From contig JAWMAR010000520.1 in assembly GCA_036785375.1 (NCBI GenBank), positions 186,001 to 250,000 of the forward strand: a DNA stretch of 64,000 bases. The letters are read 5' to 3'. Below are positions 37,905 through 50,366 of the stretch, in pieces; within the stretch, counting starts at the first letter, position 1; each line of letters starts with the position of its first letter. The position numbers were made by a program, and so were the translations under genes. This stretch comes from Leucoraja ocellata (lineage: Eukaryota). The notes under the pieces are model-generated. The model was not told the DNA's origin and searched no databases. It saw only the letters and a list, made by a program, of their open reading frames with translations.

Positions 37905-39365
37905 GGTACCCGGACATGGCGTCGAAGGATGAGAAGCTGAAGCGAAGAAGTAGAAGCCAAATAACCGAACAGAAGCGAAGCTGAAAAGCCAAATAACCGA
38001 AAGGGTGCAATGCCGAAAAGCCAAATAATGGACATGACGTTGCTTGGGGGGAGGACTTGTCAGCCCTTGTCAGTCAGTCCAGACCCCCGCGTACATCACA
38101 TCACTGGCTGGTGGAGACGGGTGGGTGGGGGTCATTTTCCCCACACAAGACCGCCCGGGGCTGGAGGGTGACTGGGCAGTCTGAACCCGAGCACCAAGGT
38201 GTAAGCAGCTGAAGGAGCATCCATCAGGACAGCTCCCACTCTCCCCCCTGGGGTCAGTGCTGTCCTGCCCCTCCGCCTTGTCTCCCCATGTGGCTGCACT
38301 GTGACGGGCTGTGGGTCAGCAGCGCACACACACACTGGGCCGGGTGGAGCAGAGTTGGGGACAGTTTGGTCCATCCGTCCACCCAGCGCCACTGACCCCG
38401 ACCCGCACACGGGGTGATTCACCCCCCCCCCCCCCGACACCCACACCGGGTGATTCACTCACCCACCATCACTCAAGCCTGATGTGCTGGCAGCTCACTC
38501 ACGGCTGGTGGGCTGGCAGTTGACTCACGGCTATTCCTTGAAATTCCATTTCAAGCAGGGTGCAAGGCCACCAAATTCAAATGCAGTTTCCTACCATTTC
38601 AAGCAGGGTGCAAGGCCACCAAATTCATGTGCAGTTTCCTACCACTTCAAGCAGGGTGCAGGGCCACCAAATTCAAGTGCAGTTTCATACCACTTCAAGC
38701 AGGGTGCAAAGCCACCAAATTCAAATGCTGTTTAATTCCATTTCATGCAGGGTGCAAGGCCACCACATTCAAATGCAGTTTCATATCATTTCATGCAGGG
38801 TGAATCCATCATAAAACCACCATAAAACCACACAAAACACCACATAAACACCACACTCATAGTTCAGTAGACATTCAGTGTGTTCAGTTGATTCACAGCT
38901 CAGACAGTCATGACCTCTCCCTCCCCCCATCTTGCAGAGACTGATCCACACCCACACTTCCAGGTTTTATAATACCTCCCCCCTCCCACCAGAAGGGGCG
39001 TGGCCTTCATGGCATGATTGACAGGAGAGAGATTCTCAACATTTTTTAAACACTTTTATTTTTTATTGATGGAAAGAATCTTCTGCACCTGATGAGCAGA
39101 GGGGTGCTGAGTAAGATAGCCAAAAATCAACACCGTAAGTGGTAGCGTTTTATCTAAAATCAATATACAATATAAAATAATCAGTATTTAGTATTCATTC
39201 ATTGTATTTTAACTTATTAAGTATGGAAGCTATCTAAGGAAATGTGTGGTGTTATGTCTGTCTTGAAGCTGTTGTGGCACTGTAATTTCCTGTAAAGGAT
39301 TATTAAAGGTTATTCAATTCAATTCTATACAGTGCAAACAGGAAGTTGTCAAGTTTAGACTTTTA
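37905..39365. repeat. Unclassified composite repeat: short (aagccaaataaccgaa) repeats, GC-rich block, minisatellite, and a nested LINE tail at about 39170-39325
   Basis: Composition is distinct from the flanks and there are internal direct repeats. No matching TIR pair was found. Confidence 0.4.
38545..38802. repeat. 48-bp minisatellite, about 5.4 copies
   Basis: Unit accatttcaagcagggtgcaaggccaccaaattcaaatgcagtttcct. Confidence 0.95.
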
Positions 39366-39409
39366 ACCATTTGCTTTATTTCAAACCAACCACCACCAAA
39401 CACCATTTG

Positions 39410-39775
39410 CACGCTGTCTGTGTGGAATTCACACATTCTCCCTGTGACCGTGTGGGTTTCCTCCTGGTGCTCCGGTTTCCTACCACATTCCAAAAACGTG
39501 TGGATTTGTAAGTTAATTGGCCTCAGTAAAATTGTAAACTTGTCCCTAATGTGTAAGATAGTGGGGTGATCGCTGGCCAGTGTGGACTCGTTAGGCCGAA
39601 GAGCCTGTTTCGGTTCTGTATTTCTAAAGTTTAAAGTAAAGTAAAATCACTGTAAATTTTCCTGAGTGTGTAGGGAGTGGATACGGAAGCAGAATAACAT
39701 AGACCTAGTGTGAACTGGTGATCGATGTGGACTTGATGGGCCTGTTTCCATGCTGTATCTCTAAGCTAAATTAAA
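39410..39775 (+). mobile_element. Two tandem 5'-truncated V-SINE pieces
   Basis: SINE core and two CR1-type tails. Confidence 0.7.
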
Positions 39776-40922
39776 CATTTGAAAAGTTTCCTAAGCAAAA
39801 CCTGAGGTTTTTACCCTTACCTGCAGTCCTTGTACATGGACTGAGTGGGAACATCTCAATCGGGAGTGATAGTGCAGTCTGAGGGTGATGGAGGCAGTCA
39901 GAGGTTTGGTGTAGTCAGGTCAAAACAGAAGGTGGGTGTGGAGAGACCAGCCTGAGAGTGGCAGGGGAGAGTTCAGTATGACTGTAATAGTTGACAGGCA
40001 AGTCCAACTGTAAAAAGGACCACGAAGAACTGCAGATGCTGGAATCTTGAGTACAACACAAAGTGCTGGAGTAACTCAGAGGGTCAGGCAGCATCTGCAG
40101 AGAGAATGGAAAGGTGAAGTTTCGGGGTTGGAACCCTTGTTCAGACAGATTGTAGCCAGAAGGTGAGGAAAACTTCAAAAGAGGTGGGGTGATACAACGT
40201 CTGGCCCATGATAGGTGGGTAGAGGTGAGAGGGGTGGGGGGTTTAGATTGGCAGATGGGTGGACAAAGACAAGAGATGAAAATGAGAGAACAGGGCGTTG
40301 TGTAAGGAGAGAAGAGCAATGCAAAGCCAGAGGGAGGAATAGAAGTGGAAGGGGGAAGGAGGGATGGTGGGGTAAAGATGGGGCCAGTTCAGCAATGGAA
40401 ATGACTGTGGCAGTGGCTCATGTAGCAGCAGAAGTGGAGCGGACCTTCGCAAAGTGAGAGTGGAGACACTAGTCCAAGAGATTGGTTTGGGAAGGAGAGT
40501 GAGATTGGTCCAAGAGTGAGAATGGTCTAAAAGAGGGAGAGGAAAGATTGCAGGCAGGAACTGCAGATGTTGGTTTAAACCGAAAATAGATACAAAAAGC
40601 TGGAGTAACTCAGCAGGCCAGGCAGCATCTCTGGAGAGAAGGAATGGGTGACATTTTGGGTTGAGATCCTACTTCAGACTGAAGATTGAGTCTGAAAAAG
40701 GGTCCTGACCCAAAACATCACCCATTCCTTCTCTCCACAGATGCTGTCTGTTCTGCTGAGTTACTCCAGCTTTTTGTGTCTATCTGTCAAGAGATTGTAG
40801 ATGTATGGAGCCATTCAACATATTACAAAGGGAGATTTATTAGATGTTTTAGGATAATGGGGATAAAGAATGGGTGTTTCCATCAGAGTCACTGGTATGG
40901 AGTTATAGAAGAATTCTCCTAA

Positions 40923-41083
40923 AGGGCCTGTCCCCACTTACACAATTTTTTCGGCGACTTGCCGGCACCCGTCATAGTTGCAGCAGGTCGCCGAAAATGT
41001 TGAAAATCCAACGGCGTCCAGAAAAAAGTACAACTCTTTGAGCCACTACTCACGATCAAACAGGCATCACCCCGCAACATGTC
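40923..41083. mobile_element. Truncated PIF/Harbinger-type MITE (left end only)
   Basis: taa followed by agggcctgtccccacttac; related to 52560-52846. Confidence 0.7.
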
Positions 41084-42305
41084 AATCAGCGGATAGACAA
41101 TGCATGGTTACAATCGAACCATCCACAGTGAACAGCTACATGATAAAGGGAATAACGTGAAAAACATGAATAAAGAGATACGATGCTTCAGATTGGGACC
41201 TTCAGACTAATGCAGGGGGGGGGGTGGGGGGAGAAAGCTGGAAATGAGAGATAGGGGTGGGCAAAGCTTGGCAAGTGATACAGTTTGGTCTTGTAGAAGA
41301 CGGGGATTTTGAATAGCTTTTAAATTAAATAGAAAAAGACCATTGAGCACCAGTTAAGACTTGTTTTATTTACGTGTAAATCCAGCAAACCTTACAATGG
41401 GTTGTTAAGCTAGTAAATTTGACAATAAGCCAAAAGTGCTCAAATATGTCCATCTGTTATAGTGTTAGGGAGAGCTGTAGATAAAATAAGCAAGCGTATT
41501 GACCAGCCAACAAGCATATAGCTCAAAGCCAAATAGGAGCTTTGTGTGCATCTTTTAATTAGGATCATGGCAGCAAATGGAATTCACTATGAATGAATTA
41601 AAACCCTAAATAAATAACGTGGAATATCCACAAGGCAATGTTTCATTAAGGTTCATATTAAATGCAAAATGCTATATGTAATGTGGCCTTATACTCTCTA
41701 CCAAAGAATCTTTATTTGTTTTTGCATTACATTCATATTTAATTGCAAGGATAAATATGTATGTGCCATAATGTCAGCCAATATGTAGTCCTTGAAAATA
41801 ATGTACAAATTTTACATTTAGGAATATAATGAGAACCTGCCACATTCCAAAAAATATCTTGCTTTCTAAAATGATGCATGAGACAACTAAGCTATCATTT
41901 AAAAAGTAATTATTTGAAAACTAGCATGAAACATGTTTATATTTTTAAATTATGTACTGTATTTAGGTCAGCTCAAGTGGAATAAAATCAATTTATTGCC
42001 CATTACACTTCTGCAGCAATGTAGCAGTGGGATACTATGCCTTTATCACATTAAGTAAATATATAACTAAACTTAAATATTGGAGCAAGAAAAAATAACA
42101 CAGTTAGACAATGGGTACTGGCTTGAGATAACGTTAGTTAAGTTTAGTTTAGAGATACAGTGCAGAAATAGGTCCTTTGGCCCACCAAGCCTGCACCAAC
42201 CAGCAATCCTCATACAGAAGTGCTATCGTACACACTGAAGACCATTGCTTTTGTAATAACGTGCCTCAGAACTAATGAGGAAATAAGTTAGATTTAGCGA
42301 TAAAC

Positions 42306-43876
42306 TGTGGCGCCACCCGGTGGTTAGGCCACTTACCACGCGAACCCTCGGCAGTCGGGGGTAGGGTCATGTCACTGGGTAATGGCGGGAAAGATTTGTC
42401 ACGAGTACTGAGCCCCGTGTCAACCTTCTCCCATTTGCATGTGTGTTGTGCTCTTTGCTTCAACAATAAAATCTCTTTGATTCACCACGCGTGACTTGCT
42501 TATTCGCCCACCATATTGGTGACCCCGATGATCCAGAACGGTCATTTTGATTTAAATGATGTTTGCAGCCAACGATCAACCTCAACAGCCCGAGGTCGCT
42601 GACAATCCAGCCCAGCAGAATGCTGTCTCCATGAAGCTGCCCATGTTCTAGACATTGCAGCCCCAAGGGTGGTTCCAGCAAGTCGAGGCCCAGTTTCACG
42701 TTCGACGCATCACGGCTGATGACACCTGGTACCACTATGTGGTCAGCGCGTTGGATCAGGAGACGGCCAGATCAGGACAAATACGAGGTCATTAAAGCGC
42801 TGCTCTTGTGGACCTTTGGGCTCAGCCACTGGGACCGCGCAGCGCGGTTCATGCACATGGGCAGCCTCAGCGATCGCAAGTCGTCGGTGCTCATGAGTGA
42901 GATGTTCATCCTCATGGATGGTCATCACCCCTGCCTGCTCTTTGAGCACGCCTTCTTGGAGCAGATGCCGGACGACATCCGCCTGCTGCTCGCCGGTGAG
43001 GATTTTGCAGACTCCCTGCTGCTAGTGGAATGCGCGGATGAGCTGTGGCAAGCCAAGCAGCAGGGCGGTGGCTCGATTGATCGTGTATTGGCGGTGCCTT
43101 GGAGGGCCCAGAAAGCAGGCCCTGTGTCCACCGGGATTTCAGCTGTGCTGCCTGTCCTGAACGAACCCGGTAAGGGGAAGTGGTGTTACTACCACCAGCG
43201 CTGGGGTCCCGGAGCCTGTCAGTGCCGCCCGCCCTACTCGTATCTGGTAAATGCCAGGGTCGGCCACCAGTAGTCGCTGTGGCGGTCGGCCTGAAACATC
43301 GCCTCTATGCTTGGGATCGGCACTCGGGACGACGGTTCCTAGTTGATACAGGCGCAGAGGTTAGTGTTTTACCCCCTGTAAGGGGTCGGCACTCGTTCTG
43401 GCAAGCGGGGGCCTTCTCTGACAGCAGCCAATAGCAGCTCCATACGGAGATCGCACGATCTCGCTCATGCTTGGCCCATGCCATTTTACCTGGACCATTA
43501 TGGTGACCGATGTTTCCCAGATGTTGCTGGGTGCAGATTTCCTTCGGGCCCAATCTCTGTTGGTGGATGTGCAGGGGCAACGCCTCGTTCATCTACCCTT
43601 TCGGTTTTGTGCCTCCGGTTCTGGGGGGGGGGGGGGGGTCCTGTGACGCCACCCGGTGGTTAGGCCACTTACTACCTGAACTCTCGGCAGTCGGGGGTAG
43701 GGTCATGTGACTGGGTAATGGCGGGAAGGAGTTGTCTCGAGGTTTAGGGGGTGTGCCCTGATATAAGTATTGAGCCCCGGGTCAGCCTTCCCCCATTTGC
43801 ATGTGTGTTGTTCCCTTTGCTTCAACAATAAAGATCTCTTTGATTCACCATGTGTGGCTTGCTTATTCGCCCGCCA
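42306..43876 (+). mobile_element. Internally deleted Gypsy LTR retrotransposon (CsRn1-type): LTR-PBS-gag-protease-PPT-LTR
   Basis: LTRs at 42306-~42513 and 43642-~43876. PBS tggtgaccccga (tRNA-Trp complement). Gag WFQQVEAQF and WCYYHQRWG..A..C (CHCC-type). Protease FLVDTGAEVSVLP. G-rich PPT. Confidence 0.9.
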
Positions 43877-44186
43877 AAAACTACATTTAGTTTACAGCGT
43901 CCGGATTAGGAACATTTCACTAAAAGCGTTGTAAAATAGATCCAAATAATGTTTGAAAGAGAGGCATACAGAACAACAGTAAGAATGCAGATGTGGGTAA
44001 GGCGGATTTCTATTCATTTCTATTGAGACAAGGGTCTGTAGGGAGCAGCTTCCTCCCTATAACCATCAGGCTATTAAACACTAAAATCCTTCAAATAGAC
44101 TATTAACTGTACAGACTTGGGGACATTATTTTTTTGGCTTTGCACTGGTATTGTCTATTTATTTATCTGTTTGTGTTGAGTTCAAT

Positions 44187-44443
44187 TTAGTTTAGTTTAT
44201 TGTCATGTGTACCGAGGTGTAGTGACAAGCAGTTGCCGCATGCTAACCAGTCAGCAGAAAGACAATACAGGTTTACAACCAAGCCATCCACAGGGTATAT
44301 ATACACCATAAAGGGAATAATGCGAATAGCATTTAGTGCAAGATAAAGTAGAGCAAATCTGATCAAAGATAGTCTGTGGGTCTCCAATGAGGTAGATTGT
44401 AGTTCAGTACTGCTCTCTAGTTGTTGGTAGGATGGTTCAGTTA
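44187..44443 (-). mobile_element. Rex1-type 3' tail element, outermost host of the nest; resumes at about 51737
   Basis: gatggttcagtt|gcctgataacagct is contiguous in sister copies at about 10060 and 53090. Confidence 0.7.
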
Positions 44444-45533
44444 GAAACAAAAAAAGAAACATAGAAAAACAGGTGCAGGAGTAGTCCATTCGGCCCTTCG
44501 AGCCAGCACCGCCATTGAATATGATCATGGCTGATCATCTAAAATCAGGTACCCGTTCCTGCTTTTCCCCCATATCTCTTAATTCCTTTAGCCCTAAGAG
44601 CTAAATCTAACTCTCTCTTGAAAACATCCAGTGAATTGTCCTCCACTGCCTTCCGTGGCAGAGAATTCTACAGATTCACAACTCTCTGGGTCATTTGAAT
44701 TGATTTGAATTGAATTTAATAGATTTTATTAGCCAAATGTGTATTGCCTTGGTGCTTTGCTTGCAATTAACAACACAATATACAGTAGACAATTAAATAT
44801 AAAACATTATAATTTAAACATGTGAAGAATGAAATGAAATACCAGAGCAAAAGGAGGCTACGGACATTTGGCTGTTGAATAAAGCTACTGCTCATGGAAA
44901 AAAGCTATTTTTATGTCTGGCAGTGGCGGCTTTGACAGTCTGGAGTCACCTTCCAGAATGAAGTGCTTCAAAGAGTTTGTGGCCAGGTTGAGAGGGGTCA
45001 GAGATGATCTTACCCGCCCGCTTCCTGACCCTTGCAGTGTACAGTTTGTTGATGGGGCGGAAGGTTGCAGCCTACAACCTTCTCAGCTGATTGGACGATT
45101 CGCTACAGCCTTCGGATATAGTGTTTGATGGCTGAGCCAAACCAGACCATGATGGGGAAGATGAGAGACTATATGATGGCCATATAAAATTGGACCATCA
45201 TTGCCTGTGGCAGATTGTGTTTTCTCAGCTGCCGCAGGAAGTTCATCTGTTGAGCCTTTTTGACTGTGGAGTCGATGGTGACCTCCCATTTAAGGTCCCT
45301 GGAGATGATGGTTCCAAGGAACTTAAATGTCTCCACAGATGTGACTGTGGTGTTGTTGATGGTGAGTGGGGGGAGGGGAGGAGGAGCTCTCATAAAGTCT
45401 ACAATCATTTCCACTGTCTTCAAAGCATTGAGTTCCAGCTTGTTGCGATGGCACCAGGACGCCAGAAGTGTCACTTCCTGTCTATAGGCAGATTCCTCCC
45501 CATCCTGGATCAGTCCAATCAGGGTTGTGTCAT

Positions 45534-48500
45534 TGTTGAGCTTCTGCTGTTGGACTAACTTAAGTCGTAAGTACGTAATTCCAAAGTGAGGGAGAAAGGG
45601 CAGAGAAGCTTTCTGTTAAACTAGTGGGCATAGCTACAAAGTATGACTCATAACATAAGTGACACTGATCTACATCCTCCCTCTTAAAGAATTAAATGTC
45701 AGTACAAAAACATTGACTAAATAAGGCATGCATAGCAGTTGATAATAAGCTGGAGGAAAGTCAAACATAGCCCTGGTACTTCACGGTGGGCTTACAAACT
45801 CGACCAGCACGTGTACGATAAAGACCATCTCCGTTTTTCCCCACCGGGGACAGAGCCAGTGGCTTCACAGGTGATGGGGATTGAATCAGCATTCCCGGTG
45901 ATGAAACAGAGGACTGTGGCACAAGTGGAGAGGGCGTCACCACTGGCAAAGCAGCTGTTCCAGAAGTGGGTTGGGGAGCTGGAGTAGGCGGATCAATGCC
46001 GCTGGACACGGACGGAAGTATACTTGTACGGTCTGGATAATACGGAGGTGGAGCTGGCTCATTCACAGGGAGGATATGTTGCCTGTTATGCCTGTAGGTG
46101 CCGCCATTGGAACTGACCAAATATGAGCATGGCTCAGAAGCAGTTCCAGAATTAACAACGATATTGTCATGGCCTTTGTCAGTTTGCAAATGAACCACCT
46201 GCCCCTTGGTTAATGATGGCAGTGGCCTACTTGTTTTGTCCTACCACTGTTTTTGAATGTCACACTTTTGTTGTAACCTGGACTAGACTTCCGATGGTGG
46301 AACCACCTGTGGGATCAATGCCTGATCTGCCACAGGCACCATGGCTCGGGTCTGCCTCGACAATAAACGTTGAGCAAGTGAACCCAAAATAGGGTCACGA
46401 GAGCTGTTGCGTAAGTTGAGTAGATCCAGGAACACGTCGGAATTAGTTCTGTACGAACGTTCCATGAGCTGTTTTGCACGCTTGACAGCCCGCTCAGCTA
46501 GCCCATTCGACTGTGGATATTCAGGGCTGCTGGTGATGTGGTGAAAACCCCAGCGTGCAGCAAAATGGCGAGCAAGCTTCGAAACTACCCCGCGAGAAGT
46601 GGGGCTGCTAAAAAATCAATGTCAAACTATCCAGAATACGAATCGACAAGTAGCAGGTACTGCTTGCCATGCCATTCAAATATGTCTGTTGCCACTGTAG
46701 ACCACGGGAGGGCATGAGCCGTTTGTGAAATAAATGGTTGATTTTGTTGATGAGGTGCCAAGCTGTTACACACTGCATAGGACGCCACATTCTCAGTGAT
46801 GTATTCGGCCATGCCAGGCCAGTAAAACATGTTTCTAAAACGTACGATAAAGTCATCATCTGGCGAGGACAGACCCTCACAGGTCTTCCGGGGTGCACAC
46901 GAGAAAGTGTCAGCCAGGTGAATGTCCTTACCACGATTGAACAATGTCATGTTTTTGAAGTTGCAGCAACATCCGCTGTAAGCGCCCTGGAGAGGCATGA
47001 ATCGGTTTGTTAAAGATGCTGTGCCCAGTCCGTGTTGTGAAGCGTCACAAGTCAGTGTGACCGGTTGTTTAGGATCGAAATAAGCGAGAGTAGGAGCACA
47101 AGAAATCTGCTGCTTAAGAGTGTCAAACGCCCTCTCTGCTGTTCCTCGTGCAGGTCCAAGCAGTGTCTTTGTGTGCAAGCTGACACAACGGGGCTGATAT
47201 TTCACTGAAATCCAGAATAAATTTGCTCAAGTAGTTAACCATGCCAAGGAATCTCTGCAGGCCGAGCACATCTGTGGGTGCTGGAACTTGTTGATGGCTT
47301 CCATCGGATCAGTTTTTAGGCCATCCTTAGTGAACACATGGCCTGGGTATTTCACCTCACTTACTCTGAATTTGCATTTTTGAGGGTTTAGCTTGAGGTT
47401 AATGGCCTGGGCGCGATCCAGGACCTTTGTCAGATTAGCATCATGTTCTTTGACAGTTTGTCCAGCAACGAGGATGTCATCCACTACAATGCAGCATGGG
47501 TAACCCACAAAAAACTGCTCCATAGCTTGTTGAAATACTTCACTAGCAGAGCTTATGTCAAAAGGCATGCGAAGAAATCTGTAACGCCCGAATGATGTGC
47601 TGAAGGTTAACTTGGAGGAGTTGTGTTCCAGCAAAATCTGCCAGAATGAACTTTTGGCATCTAGTACAGTGAATACAGTTGCCTCAGCCATCTGCGTTGC
47701 AATCTCGTCCACAGTGCGCATGAGATAGTGAGGTTGTTTAATGGCTGTGTTTAAGTCCTTAGGATTGATACAAATCCGTATTTCATCCTTATTCTTCTTC
47801 GTTGCCACAACCATGGTGGAGACCCAATCCGAGGGGTCAGCGACGGGAGCAATCACACCCAGAGACACCATTCTGTTGAGTTCACTTTGGACACGGTCCC
47901 GCATAGCCCGCCATCCAAGGGATCAATCTCGTGAACCTATGCTGCACTGCTTCAATCACAAGGATGTCCTTCCTCAAATTAGGGGACCAAAACTGTACAC
48001 AATACTCCAGATGTGGTTTCACCAGAGCCCTATAATAACCTATAAAACTGCAGAAGAACCTCTTTGCTCCTATACTGAAATCTTCTTGTAATGATTCCAT
48101 TAGCTTTCTTCACTGCCTGCTGTACCTGTAAGCCAACCTTCAGTGACCGGTGTACAAGGACGCCCAGGTATCGCTGCACCTCCCCCTTACCTAACCTAAC
48201 CCCATTGAGATAATAATCTGCCCCCTTGTTTTTGCCGCCAAAGTGGATAACCGTAATTCCCCGTTTTCTCTCTCGCTCCTTTATTGACAAGTGGGATAAC
48301 ATTAGCTATCCTCCTATCCTGACTATCCTAGTCAGAGAACAAAGTGGATAACCTCACATTTATCTATATTATACTGCATCTGCCATGCATCTGCCCACTC
48401 ACTCAACCTGTCCAGGTCACCCTGCAACCTCCTAACATGCTCTTCACAGTTCACACTGCCACCCAGCATTGTGTCATCCGCAAACTTGCTAGTGTTACTC

Positions 48501-50366
48501 CTAATTCCCTCTTCCAAATCATTGATATATATGGTAAACAGTTGCGGCCCCAACACCGAGTCTTGTGGCACTCCACTCGCCACTGCCTGCCATTCTGAAA
48601 TGGACCCGTTCACTCCAACTCTCTGCTTCCGGTCTGCCAACCAATTTTCTATCCATGTCAACACCCTACCCCACAACACCATGTGCTCTAATTTTAGTCA
48701 ACAGTCTCCCCTGTGAGACCTTATCAAAGGCTTTCTGAAAGTCTAGATACAATACATCCACTGGCACCCCTTCATCCATTTTACTTGTCACATCCTCAAA
48801 ATATTCCAGAAGTTTAGTCAAGCATGATTTCCCTTTCATAAATCCATGTTGACTTGGACTAATCCTTTTACTGCTATCCCAATGCCCCATTATTACCTCT
48901 TTAATAATTGACTCCAGCATCTTTCCCACCACCGAAGTCAGGCTAACTGGTCTGTAATTCCCCGTTTTCTCTCTCGCTCCTTTATTGACAAGTGGGATAA
49001 CATTAGCTATCCTCCTATCCTGACTATCCTAGTCAGAGAACAAACAGAAGGGCTGAAAGAGACAAGTGCCAGGTCTTGACATGCGTCGGAACCCAGCAGA
49101 GACGGCACATCCTCACAAATGACATAGAAACTCAAGTTGTGGACACGTGAGTTAAGACAGTAGTGTAGCTCGACTTAACCGATAGAGTGCACAGGACCTC
49201 CTGCAAATGAGAGAAGGGAGGCAGCCATAGGAATGACAGTCTCTGTTTTTCGTAACTTTTTCAACACAGCGAGACAGATTACGTTACACCTGGCCCCTGT
49301 GTCAATTTTCAGATAAAAGTTCTTGCCATTAACGAGCAAAGCGACCTTGGGGTCTAGTTGTTTGTTTAAATCAGACAAGGAATGAACATTGTAGTCAAAA
49401 CCTTCACTAGCAGCCGGCAAATCCATGGGAGCTGGTTGAGAGCATTCTGAGGGCAAGTTCTCATGGCCAAGTGAATTAACAAATTGTCTTGTTTGAAATC
49501 TGTTGCTACACGAACGAAAGCATCTGAAGAAGTAATTCCGTTTGTTACAAAATGAACATAATTTTCCATACGCAGGGCAACGGTCACGAGCGGCAGCAGG
49601 CGAACCCCCACAGTTAAAACAATTGTCTATTAGTCTCACGATAGAGTTGTCGGGCACTTGAGGAGAACGGCTAGAGATTTGATAAAACATGCCGCAACAT
49701 TAATTTCACGACCAGCAGTGTGCCCTAAAACTTTTGTATGAGCGTCAGCCATTACCGCAATGCGACAGCAATTTTCAGCAGTCTCTAGAGTAAGCTCAGC
49801 ATCCCGCAGTAACTCGTCGCGTAATTTATCATTACGGACACCATAGACCAAATGGCCATCACACATATCACTGAAATCGCATCGATTGGCAACGTGCTTC
49901 AACGCACTGACATACATCTCCAAAGGTTCTCCCTGTCTCTGGCTTCGGGAAAAGAAAAAATGCCTCTCCATGACCAAGTTAGTACGAAACTCGCATAACT
50001 ATCGGAATTTGCGTAGTAGGAAGTCAGGGTCTCGGATAGACTCGGCGGGAGTGATCTGCACACCAGCCGGGTCAAATCTAGCCGGTTCATAATGAAATCT
50101 TCTGGCACGTCGAGCAGCTTCTGTGCCTGCTAGACTAAGAAGAATTGACGTTCGAACACCGGGAGCAGCAGTAGGGCGAGCCGCTTCAATGTAAATTGAG
50201 AAGTCTTCTTCAATTACGCACCACCGCTCTGCGAGGTCCTCGTCAAATACCAGGGTCTCTGGTTTCCTGCGAGCAGAAGCCATAGTAATATATACTGGAG
50301 AAAACAACCAACTAAAACAAAAGCAACATAATTAAGCAATGATAACATGAGTGACACTGATCTACA
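45534..50366 (-). mobile_element. Gypsy LTR retrotransposon (Mag-type), degenerate; 5' LTR and PBS mostly deleted
   Basis: TG...CA ends with 5-bp TSD gtcat. 3' LTR at 45534-45674 next to a PPT; only about 25 bp of LTR remain at the other end. Gag with a double Cys knuckle (CFNCGG...CPAYGKLCSFCNK), protease KIDTGA, RT (LDAKSSFWQ, VVDDIL), RNase H (TCDASQHGLG) and integrase remnants. Confidence 0.9.
47909..49013 (-). mobile_element. Internal CR1 RT fragment inside the Gypsy pol
   Basis: YLDFQKAFDKV, SGVPQDSVLGP, SKFADDTMLGG; no CR1 3' tail. Confidence 0.9.

Noticed and set aside
38484-38814. Repetitive ORFs, or a CRISPR-like array
   Set aside because: It is a head-to-tail 48-bp minisatellite with no unique spacers, in eukaryotic context, with no splice or start evidence.
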